This document shows, in pieces, positions 29,930 to 39,868 of a stretch of 64,000 nt of DNA. The notes beneath the pieces are model-generated. The model saw nothing but the letters and a program-made list of their open reading frames with translations. It did not search any database and was not told where the DNA came from. Position 1 is the first letter of the stretch, and every line of letters begins with the position of its first letter. Source of the stretch: Vulcanimicrobiota bacterium (lineage in GTDB: Bacteria; Vulcanimicrobiota; Vulcanimicrobiia; Vulcanimicrobiales; Vulcanimicrobiaceae); the NCBI GenBank assembly GCA_963820825.1, contig CAWGBN010000006.1, positions 608,001-672,000 on the forward strand, read 5' to 3'. Made by a program: the position numbers and the translations under genes.

Positions 29930-30732
29930 CCACGCCGTACGAACGCTTTCGAGAGCTGCACGAGCGACGCGAAGCGTTCGTCATGCCGAACGCCTGGGAC
30001 GCGGCGTCGGCAGTGCTGCTCAAGCGCGCGGGATTCGAAGCGCTGGGCAGCACGTCGCTCGGTCTCGCGTTCTCGCTCGGCCGGCAAGACGGACGCCACG
30101 CGGTCTCACGTGAGGAGGCGATCGCGCACGCCGCGCTGCTCGCGCGAACGAGCGATCTTCCGGTCAACGGCGATCTCGAAGATGGATTCGGTGCGTCGCC
30201 GGAGGAATGCGCCGCGACGGTGCGAGCGGCGATCGCGGGGGGACTCGCCGGACTCGGCATTGAGGATACGACGGCCGATCCGGCCCGGCCAATTCACGAG
30301 TTCGACGAGGCGGTCGCGCGCGTGCGCGCGGCCGCACAGACGGCGAACGGACGCATCGTACTTACCGGCCGCACCGACAACTATCTCAACGGCAGACCCG
30401 ACCTCGACGATACGATTCGCCGGCTGGTGGCGTTTGCGGAAGCCGGCGCCGACGTGCTTTATGCGCCCTGCTTGCCGACGATGGAGGCGATCGTTGCGGT
30501 GGTGCGTGCCGTCGCTCCCAAGCCCGTTAACGTGCTCATCGGGCCCGACGATGGAGCGGTTCCGCTCGAGCGGCTTTCGGCCGCCGGCGTGCGCCGCGTC
30601 AGCGTTGGCGGCGCGCTCTATCGCGTCGCGATGAGCGCGGTGGTCGCAACCGCCGGCGCGTTGCGCCGGGGCGACCTGGCCGCGGTAACGGGCGCAATCG
30701 GGGGCGGCGAGATCGCCGCGCTCTTGCCGTAG
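29926..30732 (+). CDS. Isocitrate lyase / PEP mutase family protein
   Basis: PNAWDAASA, GDLEDGFG, IED and AGADVLYAP. Confidence 0.9.
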   Translation: MTTPYERFRELHERREAFVMPNAWDAASAVLLKRAGFEALGSTSLGLAFSLGRQDGRHAVSREEAIAHAALLARTSDLPVNGDLEDGFGASPEECAATVRAAIAGGLAGLGIEDTTADPARPIHEFDEAVARVRAAAQTANGRIVLTGRTDNYLNGRPDLDDTIRRLVAFAEAGADVLYAPCLPTMEAIVAVVRAVAPKPVNVLIGPDDGAVPLERLSAAGVRRVSVGGALYRVAMSAVVATAGALRRGDLAAVTGAIGGGEIAALLP

Positions 30733-30746
30733 CCGTAGCAATCGCG

Positions 30747-32012
30747 TTGCTCCAGCGCATTCGCCGGTTCTTTGCCAACCTCGGACCCGGCCTGATTACC
30801 GGTGCCGCAGACGACGATCCATCGGGCATTTCGACGTATTCGGTCGCGGGAGCGGCCACCGGATACTCGATGCTTTGGCTGGCGCTGATCTCGACGCCGA
30901 TGATGGCGGTGATTCAAGGGATGTGCGCGCGCATCTCGATGGTCAGCGGCGAAGGGCTGGCGGCGATCATGCGCAAGCGGTTGCCAACGCCGCTTGCGTA
31001 CGCGCTTGCCGGATTGGTGGTGATCGCAAACACGTTTAACGTCGGCGCCGACATCGGGGGCATGGCCGCCGCCGCCCGTCTGGTCGTTCCGATTCCGGTC
31101 GACGCGCTCGTCTTTTTCTTCGGCATCGGCCTCATCGCGTTGCAGATCTGGCTCGCTTACGCGACCATTGCCAAGGTCTTCAAATGGCTGACGCTCGCAC
31201 TCTTCGCCTACGTCGTCACGGCATTCGTCGTCCGGCCTCCGTGGGCGCAGGTGCTGCTCTCGTTCGCGGTTCCCCACCTCAGATTCGATTCGCAGTCGCT
31301 CTCGACGATGGTCGGCGTGCTCGGAACGACGATCACGCCGTACCTCTTTTATTGGCAATCGTCGCTGATGGTCGAGGAGGAGAAGGAGACCGGCAAATCG
31401 TCGATCGCCGCGCGACGCGGCACCGATGCGAAGTCGGTGACGAAGATGCATGCCGACGTCAACACCGGGATGATCTATTCGAATCTCGTCGCCTTCTTCA
31501 TCATCGTCACGACGGCGGCGACGCTCGGCGCGCATGGCCAGACGAATATCGCGACCGCGCAGGATGCGGCGCGCGCCCTGCGTCCGCTGGCCGGACAATT
31601 CGCCGAGCTACTCTTCGCGCTGGGCATGGTCGGCACGGGAATCCTGGCCGTGCCCGTGCTCGCAACATCCTCGGCGTACGTCGCCGCGCAGACCTTTCGC
31701 TTCCGCGAGGGGTTGGGCGAGCCGCTCCAGCGCGCTCCGCACTTTTACGCAACGATTGCGGCCGGCATCTTTATCGGGATCGCGATGAATCTTCTGCGGG
31801 TCGACGCCATCAAGGCGCTCTTCTGGTCGGCGGTGCTCAACGGCGTCGCCGCGGTGCCGCTCATCGCCGTCGTCGTCTTCCTGGCATCGAATCGCTCGCT
31901 GATGGGTGACTGGAGGAGCTCGCCGCTCGCTCGCGGATGGGGGTGGAGTACGGTCGCGCTGATGGGCGCTGCAACGGCCGGGATGTTCTACTTCATGGCG
32001 CGGCATTCGTAA
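30747..32012 (+). CDS. Nramp-family divalent metal transporter
   Basis: GPGLITGAADDDPSGI and GTTITPY. Confidence 0.9.
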   Translation: MLQRIRRFFANLGPGLITGAADDDPSGISTYSVAGAATGYSMLWLALISTPMMAVIQGMCARISMVSGEGLAAIMRKRLPTPLAYALAGLVVIANTFNVGADIGGMAAAARLVVPIPVDALVFFFGIGLIALQIWLAYATIAKVFKWLTLALFAYVVTAFVVRPPWAQVLLSFAVPHLRFDSQSLSTMVGVLGTTITPYLFYWQSSLMVEEEKETGKSSIAARRGTDAKSVTKMHADVNTGMIYSNLVAFFIIVTTAATLGAHGQTNIATAQDAARALRPLAGQFAELLFALGMVGTGILAVPVLATSSAYVAAQTFRFREGLGEPLQRAPHFYATIAAGIFIGIAMNLLRVDAIKALFWSAVLNGVAAVPLIAVVVFLASNRSLMGDWRSSPLARGWGWSTVALMGAATAGMFYFMARHS

Positions 32013-32051
32013 CTGAAGGAACCGCGGCTCGGACCGTAGAGAGCCTCTGCA

Positions 32052-33554
32052 ATGGAGTCGCTCTTCGACGGGCCCGGTTCGCTACGCGAACCGTCCGAAC
32101 GCCTGTACTTCTGGCTGACCGCGTTCTTCGCGCTCCCGGCGGCATTGGCGATCGGATACGTGCTGCACGAATCGATCGGCGCTTCACAAGTCGCGCTCTT
32201 TATCGTCATCGCGATGGTCTACGTGACGCTGGCACGGGGCCGGCTCTTGGGCTCGAGCGTCCGCGTGCACCAGCGCCAGTATCCGCGCGTCTTCACCATC
32301 GTGCGACAGACCTGCGCGGCGCTCGAGATCCCGATGCCGCTGATCTTCGTGCGCGAGGACAACTTCGTGCCGGTCGTGGCGCTGGGATTCGGCGAGCCAT
32401 ACGCCCTCGTGCTATCGAGCCACTGGATCGAGCTCTTTGCCGACGACGAGCTCGCCTTCATGGTCGGGCGCGAACTCGGGCATATCGCCGCAGGGCACAC
32501 GCGATTTCACTCGCTGCTCAGCGTGAACGGCAACGAGAACCCGATCGTCTCGATGATCTTCGGCGCGTGGCTGCGGCGCTGCGCGCTCACCTGCGACAAA
32601 GTCGGACTTCTTTGCTGTGGCTCGCTCGATGCGGCGATCCGCGCGATGGGCATCGCCGCATTTCACGAGTTCGGGCGCAAAGTCGACTACGGTGCCTTCG
32701 CCGAACAGCAGGTCGAGGTTGAGAACGATTCGATTTTGCGTTGGGGCGAATGGCTGAGCGCCGAGCCGTACGCGACGCAACGGATTGCGTCGTTGCAGCG
32801 TTTCATGTCGACCCAGCAGTACGCGAACGCCGAGGCGTGGTTCTTGCGCGAGCGCAGCGAAGAACCGCCGGCGATCGCGGCACCGGGCGAGAAGCAGGTC
32901 GTGTTGCGCGATTGCGCCGGGTGGTGGCGCCGCTGCGCTGCCTGGGGCATCGACGCGATCGTCGTCACCGCAATCATCACGTCGTTCGGCGGCCAAGTCA
33001 TCGGGCATAACGGCGAGCGCGAGAACGGCGTCTCGGTCACGCCGGGGCGCGTCCACGTCGCGGCACCGGGGTTAGGAAACATCTCAATCCAGGGTAAGAA
33101 GCAAGGGCCGCCGCCGAGCGCTCCGCCTTCGCCTCCACCGGCGCCGGCACCGGAGGTAACTTTTGGCCCACTCGCATTTACCAATCAGGGTCTCGCGCTG
33201 CGGGTCTACGACGAAGACGTTCCGCTCTCCGTCGATTCGATTGCCGCCGCGATCGGCGAGACCGTCAACAGACTCGGCTTCGCTTTTTGGTTTCCCGTCT
33301 ATCTCGCCGCGCTCGTCATCATTGCCGGGCAGACGTTCGGAATGATGATCGCCGGCCTGCGCGTCGTCACCACGGATTTCAGCAAGCCGAGCATCGCGCG
33401 CACGATCTTCCGCTACGTCATCGTCTTCGCGCTCTGGTGGTTGATCGTTCCGTTGAGCCTGATCTGGCGCCGCATTCTTCTGCACGACCGCTGGACCAAG
33501 ACGCGCCTGGTCAAGGTCGAGCGCGTCGTTGCCCGCATCACCGGAACCGCATAG
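32052..33554 (+). CDS. M48 peptidase-like domain fused to an RDD domain
   Basis: ELAFMVGRELGHI (degenerate HExxH); WWRR..A..ID, GQTFG and LHDRW (RDD). Confidence 0.75.
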   Translation: MESLFDGPGSLREPSERLYFWLTAFFALPAALAIGYVLHESIGASQVALFIVIAMVYVTLARGRLLGSSVRVHQRQYPRVFTIVRQTCAALEIPMPLIFVREDNFVPVVALGFGEPYALVLSSHWIELFADDELAFMVGRELGHIAAGHTRFHSLLSVNGNENPIVSMIFGAWLRRCALTCDKVGLLCCGSLDAAIRAMGIAAFHEFGRKVDYGAFAEQQVEVENDSILRWGEWLSAEPYATQRIASLQRFMSTQQYANAEAWFLRERSEEPPAIAAPGEKQVVLRDCAGWWRRCAAWGIDAIVVTAIITSFGGQVIGHNGERENGVSVTPGRVHVAAPGLGNISIQGKKQGPPPSAPPSPPPAPAPEVTFGPLAFTNQGLALRVYDEDVPLSVDSIAAAIGETVNRLGFAFWFPVYLAALVIIAGQTFGMMIAGLRVVTTDFSKPSIARTIFRYVIVFALWWLIVPLSLIWRRILLHDRWTKTRLVKVERVVARITGTA

Positions 33555-33565
33555 GAGCTGCATAA

Positions 33566-34024
33566 ATGAAGGTAACCGTAACCGCGCTGCTTCTCGCTGC
33601 GTTCGTCGCCGCACCGGCGCGCGCGAGCGATCCGCTCGCCTCGCTGCACTTCCTCGTCGGAACGTGGAACTGCACGTACAACGCGGGCAAGGTGCACGCC
33701 AACTACAAAGCGATCTTCTCCTACGACATGAGCGGCAATTGGCTTAAGGAGAGCGATTCGTGGGCGGGAGGCGGCGGCGACCTGGGAATGTTTACGTACG
33801 AGAAGGGAGGCTGGACCGCCGTCGTGCTCGAGCGCGAGCGCACTACGGCCGTCTTTCACGCCTCGGGGAGCGATTCGAATCACGTCGTCTATCGCAGTAT
33901 CTACCCGCATGCCGGGATGACCGATATCTTCGATCGCGTCTCGGCGACGCGCTTTACCCTGCATTTCAAACAGACCGCGGGCGGAAAGACGACGTCGTCG
34001 AACGACACCTGCGTAAAGACCTAG
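33566..34024 (+). CDS. Secreted hypothetical protein
   Basis: Signal peptide, LVGTWNC and a terminal Cys; AGGAG RBS. Confidence 0.7.
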   Translation: MKVTVTALLLAAFVAAPARASDPLASLHFLVGTWNCTYNAGKVHANYKAIFSYDMSGNWLKESDSWAGGGGDLGMFTYEKGGWTAVVLERERTTAVFHASGSDSNHVVYRSIYPHAGMTDIFDRVSATRFTLHFKQTAGGKTTSSNDTCVKT

Positions 34025-34636
34025 GTGTGCGGTCGGTTTACGCTCACCCAGCCGGCGGCTCTCGCCGCAGCCTTTCCGCGATTTCGGTTTCCGGAGTTCA
34101 GCGAAACGCGGCTCCCGCGCTATAACATCGCGCCGGCACAAGCGGTCCTCGGCGTTCGCAACGACGGGCGCGATCTCATCGAAGAGCTGCGCTGGGGAAT
34201 CCACGGCCGAATCAACGTTCGGGCCGAGTCGATCGCGGCGCGGCACGCGCCGATCCGGCGGCGCTGCATCGAGTTCGCCGACGGCTTTTACGAGTGGTCG
34301 AATCGCCGGCCGTTCTATTACACGCTCAGATCGGGCCGGCCGTTTGCCTTTGCCGGCCTATGGGAACCGCTCGATGGGAGCGCCGCATGCGACGTCGCGA
34401 CCTGCGAGCCCAACGCAATCGTCGCACCGGTTCACGACCGTATGCCGGTAATTCTATCCGATTCCAATCTCGATTTGTGGCTCGATCCGCAGCCGCTACC
34501 GCCGGAAGTCGCGGCTTCGATCTTACGTCCGCTCGATGCGGCGTTGATGGACGTGCGCGAGGTCTCGATGCGGGTAAATAACGCGAACTACGATGCGGCC
34601 GACGCGCTCGCGCCGGCCGATCCGCGCTTGCTCTGA
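34025..34636 (+). CDS. SOS response-associated peptidase (SRAP, abasic-site processing)
   Basis: MCGRF N-terminus, RYNIAP, GFYEW and HDRMPVIL. Confidence 0.92.
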   Translation: MCGRFTLTQPAALAAAFPRFRFPEFSETRLPRYNIAPAQAVLGVRNDGRDLIEELRWGIHGRINVRAESIAARHAPIRRRCIEFADGFYEWSNRRPFYYTLRSGRPFAFAGLWEPLDGSAACDVATCEPNAIVAPVHDRMPVILSDSNLDLWLDPQPLPPEVAASILRPLDAALMDVREVSMRVNNANYDAADALAPADPRLL

Positions 34637-35289
34637 GCGATCAATACGACGCCCGTCGCCACGAGCCAAATCGCCGCCGGGATCGCTCCGAATAGTCCGG
34701 GGCCGGGTTGGCCGGGCGCCATGAAGAGATCGTTTGCAAAGATCGAGAGCGACGCAATCGCCGTTCCCAACGAGGCGAGGTAGCCGAGCCATGCGAGCCA
34801 GTTTGGCGCGCGGTTGTGCCGGCGCATGCTGTGAGCGGCCGCGAAGAGGAAGATCGAAACCGGTGCGTAGCCGAGGCCGCCTTGCGTAAAGATGAACGCG
34901 TCGTAGATGCTCATGAGCCCGCGCGCCTTGAAGATATCCGGCACCGCATAGAGTGCCGCCGTCAATAACGACGCCGCCCATAGCGACGTCGCAACCATGA
35001 CGACGCCGGCAACGAGCGCGAACGTCGGCAGCCCCTCCTGGCGTCCGGGCGCATTGCTCAGATAGGTACGCAACCCGACGAGGAACCAAAGGAAGAACGC
35101 CGCCGCGGGAAACGTGAGCCAGGCTCCCAAGAGCAGCCCGAACCGGTGCGAATCGATCGCGAGCGCGGCATCGATCGGGCGCGCTCCGACCGACGGCATC
35201 CCGTTGTCGAGAAATGTTGCGATCGCGAGGACCGCGACGTAACAGAGGGCCGACCAGCCGGCCGAGCGTTCTGCCGAGACGTTTTCCAT
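34588..35289 (-). CDS. Multi-pass membrane protein
   Basis: About 6 hydrophobic segments. Confidence 0.7.
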   Translation of the reverse strand: MENVSAERSAGWSALCYVAVLAIATFLDNGMPSVGARPIDAALAIDSHRFGLLLGAWLTFPAAAFFLWFLVGLRTYLSNAPGRQEGLPTFALVAGVVMVATSLWAASLLTAALYAVPDIFKARGLMSIYDAFIFTQGGLGYAPVSIFLFAAAHSMRRHNRAPNWLAWLGYLASLGTAIASLSIFANDLFMAPGQPGPGLFGAIPAAIWLVATGVVLIAQSKRGSAGASASAAS

Positions 35290-35334
35290 GGCGTTTACGT
35301 CATACTCGGCCGGAAGCGATTCCTTCCTTGGCCG

Positions 35335-36873
35335 CTAGAGTCCGTAGTATTTGAAGGCGGGCCACATCACGGCCAGCGGAACGCGCGGGCGCGTGCAGAG
35401 ATAGATCGGTAGCGGTCCCTCGAGCATCCATCGGTAATCGTTGCGGTAGACCGCGATCTGGCGGACGCTGCCGAACCATTGGAGCAAGAGGTGATAATCG
35501 GTTGCGCCGACGGCTAAGACCGAGGCGCCGCTGTAGCCTCGCGTGCCCCACAAATAGTACGAGTTATTCGGGCTAATCACGGTCGGTAAGCCGTAGCGCG
35601 GTCCGTAGTAATCGAGCGCTCCGGCGTAGGCGTAGCGATCGGCGAAGACCGCGGTGACTCTGCGTTGCGCCGGCGGCAGCGACCAATACGCGCCCGCTAC
35701 CATCGCGCTCATCGTCTTCCAACCGAGTTGATCGGCGAACATCGGATTGATGAGATGGTAGGCGCCGTCGGGTGGTGCGGGCCGGCTCAGGCCGATAGCG
35801 CGTTCGTAGGCCATGTATGCCGGAAGCGACAGCACCGGCAGCGAGAGCGGAAACATCGGCAGCCCGGCGATGGCGATTGCCGCCGTCAGCGCGATCTTCG
35901 GTGCGAGCCGCTTGGCCGACAAGGCGCGCTCGATTGCGACGGCGCCGGCCGCGAAGAGCGCGGGATAGCAGCCTTGGATGTAATACCCGCGACCGATCGT
36001 AAGAACGAGCACGCCGAGCAGTATGAGATAGGCGACGGTAATGAAGCGATACTCGCGCTCACGCCAGAACCACACCAAGCCCCAGATCCAGACCGGCGAG
36101 AAGACCGGATTCTGATAGGCGAACTGCAGGCCGAACATGTAGAGCGCGTTCTTCCAACGATTCGACGATTCGTCGGCCATGCCGTTGGCGAGCGCGTGCC
36201 GGTTGAGTTGATCGTTATGCAGCACTTCGAGCATCGGCAGACCGTGGGCGATCTGCCAGATGACGTTGGGAAGGACGAGCAAAACGGCGAGCGCAACGCC
36301 GTACGCGAGCCAAGAGGATCGCAAAAGCCTCGCGTGACCGGCTATCAGCAAGCCGATCGCCAGCGCGAGCGCACAGCCCGCGATCGAGTACTTTGCATAG
36401 AACGCGAGCGTTACGACCAAAGCGATCGAGATGTAGAGGCGCCGGTCTTGCGTCTTGACCAGGCGGATGGTCAAGTAGATCAATGCGGTCCAGGAGGCCG
36501 GAGAGAGGAACTCCGTCGAGAGGCCGTACGCGATTCCGATCAAACCCGGGTCGAGCACGATCAGCAAGCCGGTCAAGAACTGCGCGAAGGCGCGGCCGCC
36601 GAGCTCGCGTGCGATCGCGCAGCCGAAGAGCACGGTGACGCCGGCGAGCACCGCGGGGACGAAGCGCAGCCCCCAGACCGGATAGCCGAGTGGGCCAGTC
36701 AGCCAAGTGACGATCGGTGCGAGCGGCGGCTGATCGACGTATCCCCAAGCGAGATGCTTCGCGCAATCGATGAAGTAGAGCTCGTCGCGGTAGTATCCGA
36801 ACCGGTGAGCAAAGGCGAGGTGAAGAGCTACCGTCGCAAGCGCGAAGAGGTACGCGCTTGGATGGAGCTTCAT
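35335..36873 (-). CDS. Glycosyltransferase family 39 (ArnT/PMT-like)
   Basis: YYRDELYF, GYVDQPPL, KYS and NNSYYLWG. Confidence 0.88.
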   Translation of the reverse strand: MKLHPSAYLFALATVALHLAFAHRFGYYRDELYFIDCAKHLAWGYVDQPPLAPIVTWLTGPLGYPVWGLRFVPAVLAGVTVLFGCAIARELGGRAFAQFLTGLLIVLDPGLIGIAYGLSTEFLSPASWTALIYLTIRLVKTQDRRLYISIALVVTLAFYAKYSIAGCALALAIGLLIAGHARLLRSSWLAYGVALAVLLVLPNVIWQIAHGLPMLEVLHNDQLNRHALANGMADESSNRWKNALYMFGLQFAYQNPVFSPVWIWGLVWFWREREYRFITVAYLILLGVLVLTIGRGYYIQGCYPALFAAGAVAIERALSAKRLAPKIALTAAIAIAGLPMFPLSLPVLSLPAYMAYERAIGLSRPAPPDGAYHLINPMFADQLGWKTMSAMVAGAYWSLPPAQRRVTAVFADRYAYAGALDYYGPRYGLPTVISPNNSYYLWGTRGYSGASVLAVGATDYHLLLQWFGSVRQIAVYRNDYRWMLEGPLPIYLCTRPRVPLAVMWPAFKYYGL

Positions 36874-37985
36874 ACTGCGCTAGACTGCGACCCCGCGAGC
36901 AAGAGCTGGCTGACGCAGAGACCGACGATGCCTGCCACGGCAATCGATCCAAAGACGAAGCTGGCGTCCCACCACGTTCCTCCTAACAACGGAACCGCGA
37001 AGGCAAAATAGGCCGCGAAGTAGACCGCCGGCACGGCGAAGCCCAGAAGCCGGTAGGCGTTGGCGTTGCGCGCCGACGGATGCAGCTTTGCGACGATGAC
37101 GTCGCCGGCGAATCCAGCCGCGACCGAGGCGAGAACCACGAGCAGCAGCTCCACGAGATCGGTTGAGAGTTCGCCGCCGATCCAGAGCTTGACGGCGACG
37201 CTGATGACGATGAGTGCGCCGAAATGAAGGCGTTTGCGAAGGCAGAGATAGAGCGTGGCGGCGGCGAGCAGAAGGCTCTGCCAGACGACGATCGAGATCT
37301 CGAGGGCTTGCCGATAAAAGAGGAAGACGGAGAGCACGAACTGCTCGCGCGAGTAGGCCGTCTGGGAGAGCGGATGATCGCGCATCAGCGCTTCGGGATA
37401 GAAACCGTATTGGGTGACGAATTGAATGATCTCGAATGCGAGGCCGAGCGAGATCAGCATCGGAAGCTGTTCGACCAAACGCGAGGCGTTGGGCCGCTGC
37501 AGCGCGCTGCGTACCGGTCCGGTAATGAGGAAGAATAGGCCGGTCAACAAGAAGAGGTGCGGCGGACTCATCAGCAGATCGAGCTGATGCTCGAAACCGA
37601 AGACCGCGTGCCAGACCATATCGAGCGCGCCGCCGAGCAGCAATCCGGCGACGCCGAAGACGCTCTGTAGGTAACCGTCGGGAATCGCCTTCCGGAACGA
37701 GGAGGCACCGCTCTTATAGTTGCGCCAAATGGTGACTCCGAGGACCGCGGCCGCGAAGACGGCGCCGCTGTACATCGTCGCGTGCCACGGATTGAGAAAG
37801 GACTCGACCGCCAAGAAGAGATGCTGGTGGGCGTCGATAAATAGCCCCGTCATGATCCAGAGGCCCGATAGGGTTATTAACCAATCGAGGCGGCTCGGCG
37901 CGCCGGAGCGCCCCAATGCCAACTCGAGCCGGGGGAGCGGAGCCTGCGCTTCCGTCCGGGGCGACAGCAAATCCACGAGGTTCAT
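36870..37985 (-). CDS. Multi-pass membrane protein
   Basis: DAHQH..ESF..PWH and DMVWH..FGFE..PPH repeated motifs. Confidence 0.75.
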   Translation of the reverse strand: MNLVDLLSPRTEAQAPLPRLELALGRSGAPSRLDWLITLSGLWIMTGLFIDAHQHLFLAVESFLNPWHATMYSGAVFAAAVLGVTIWRNYKSGASSFRKAIPDGYLQSVFGVAGLLLGGALDMVWHAVFGFEHQLDLLMSPPHLFLLTGLFFLITGPVRSALQRPNASRLVEQLPMLISLGLAFEIIQFVTQYGFYPEALMRDHPLSQTAYSREQFVLSVFLFYRQALEISIVVWQSLLLAAATLYLCLRKRLHFGALIVISVAVKLWIGGELSTDLVELLLVVLASVAAGFAGDVIVAKLHPSARNANAYRLLGFAVPAVYFAAYFAFAVPLLGGTWWDASFVFGSIAVAGIVGLCVSQLLLAGSQSSAV

Positions 37986-38457
37986 GTATCGGCGCTCATC
38001 CTGCGACTCGCCTAGAAACCCTCTTCGCAGCTTCCTTTGGGCTCTGCCGGCGGGGGCGTGTGCCCTGTTGCTTGCTAGTTGTTCGCCCAAACCGGTAGCG
38101 GTTCCGCTGAATCTCACCGTATCGGAGAAGCAACCGCAAGTATGGCCATCGCCGCCGGTAGCGGCCCCAAACGCGCCGCCGCATATCGTGCGCATCTGGT
38201 TCTCGACGTTGAAGATCGAACCGGGCTCGTGGTTCGATGGAAAGATCCTCGTGAGCACCAACGTCGCGTCGGTTGAAGTGCGTACCGCCGCGTTCTCGAT
38301 CAACAGCGAGCACATCGCTCCGGGCGTCTACCGCTTTCACACGCACGTGCTCGAGCTGCCGCCGCTCTCGCGTCGCCATTGGTACGAGCTGTACATCATT
38401 GCGCGCAACACTCCCGGCGCGCAAGAGATCGAAGAGGCGCCGCTTCGAGTCGAATGA
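37984..38457 (+). CDS. Hypothetical lipoprotein (start uncertain)
   Basis: LLASC lipobox; overlaps the next gene by ATGA. Confidence 0.6.
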   Translation: MYRRSSCDSPRNPLRSFLWALPAGACALLLASCSPKPVAVPLNLTVSEKQPQVWPSPPVAAPNAPPHIVRIWFSTLKIEPGSWFDGKILVSTNVASVEVRTAAFSINSEHIAPGVYRFHTHVLELPPLSRRHWYELYIIARNTPGAQEIEEAPLRVE

Positions 38458-39185
38458 AGGCACTTCTCGGCGTCTTGCTCGCCCTTCCGGCCGTCGTGAT
38501 GTACCACCGGGTCGACGTCGCGGCGCCGGTCGACCGGGTCTCGCAGAAGCTGACGGTTTCGCCGGCGCAGTTTGCCGGCGAGCTGCGCGAGTTGCGGCGG
38601 ATGGGTCTGCACACGATCGGCATCGCCGATCTCGCGCGCGACATGGCATTGCACCGAACGCCCGATCATGCCGTCTTGCTGACCTTCGACGACGGGTACA
38701 GCGATCAGTTTCGTTATGCGTTCCCGATCCTGCGAGAGTTCGGCGATCGCGCGACCTTCTTCGTTAACGTCGGATCGATCGATACGCCGCGCCACTTGAG
38801 CTGGCACGACGTCGACGCGATGGCTCGAGCCGGAATGTCGATCGAGTGCCACGGCGTCAGCCACGCCGATCTCGCTTCGCTCAGCTATACCGCGCAGGAC
38901 TATCAGATCGATCGCTGCATCCGCACGCTGAGCAGCCGATTGGGGGCCGCGGTGCAGGCTTATGCCTATCCGAGCGGAGCCTTCGATGCGCGAACGATCG
39001 AGCTCGCGCGGCGCGCCGGTCTGCTCTTGGGTTTCACCACCGACCCGCGGCTTCAACGAGATCCGCTCTCGCCGTACGAGATTGCCCGTATCAGGGTCAT
39101 CAATGGGATGACCGATGAGTTCTTCGACCTGCTGCTCGAACGAGCGCGGGCGTACGTCGACGTCGAACCCGGTAAACTTCCGTAG
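38454..39185 (+). CDS. Polysaccharide deacetylase
   Basis: MYHRV, LTFDDGY, HGVSH and AYPSG. Confidence 0.9.
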   Translation: MKALLGVLLALPAVVMYHRVDVAAPVDRVSQKLTVSPAQFAGELRELRRMGLHTIGIADLARDMALHRTPDHAVLLTFDDGYSDQFRYAFPILREFGDRATFFVNVGSIDTPRHLSWHDVDAMARAGMSIECHGVSHADLASLSYTAQDYQIDRCIRTLSSRLGAAVQAYAYPSGAFDARTIELARRAGLLLGFTTDPRLQRDPLSPYEIARIRVINGMTDEFFDLLLERARAYVDVEPGKLP

Positions 39186-39189
39186 CGCA

Positions 39190-39868
39190 ATGCGCATCTT
39201 GATTCTCGAGGACGACCCGCGTATCCATCAGCCGCTCGCTGAAGATCTCCGCCGGCAGCACCACGCGGTGGACGTCGTCGAAGACGGTTGGACCGGGCTC
39301 GACTTTGCGCTGACCGGCGTGCACGACGTCGTCTTGCTCGACATTCTGCTTCCGGGCCTCGACGGCTTGGAGATCTGCCGGCGCTTACGCTCGGCGAAGT
39401 CGACCGCCTTCGTTCTGATGATCACGTCGCGCGAAGACGTTCGCGACAAGGTCCGCGCGCTCGACTGGGGCGCCGACGACTATCTCGTCAAACCGTTCGA
39501 CCTGGCCGAACTCTCCGCTCGGAATTCGTGCGGTCTCGCGCCGGCAGCGCGAGGCGCCGGAGGCGGTGTTGCAACGCGGACCGCTTCGTCTCGATCCCAG
39601 CCGCCGCGCCGTAACCTGCGACGGTAGGCCGGTGCCGCTCACCGCGACCGAATTCATGATTCTCGCTACGCTCATGTACAATCCGCTCCAGGTTTTCAGC
39701 CGCGCAATGCTGCGCGAGAAGATCTCGACGTTCGACGAGAGCGAGCGCGATTCGGTCAAGACGCACATCACCAACCTGCGGCGCAAGCTCCGCAGTGCCG
39801 GCGGGATCGACGATCCGATCGAAAACGTCTACGGGATTGGATATCGGCTCGCAGACCTCGGTCAGTGA
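39190..39868 (+). pseudogene. OmpR-family response regulator with +1 frameshift at ~39523
   Basis: Receiver (ILEDD, LLDI, KPF) and winged helix (VKTHITNLRRKL, YGIGY) lie in different frames. Removing one A gives LSARIRAVSRR. Confidence 0.85.
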
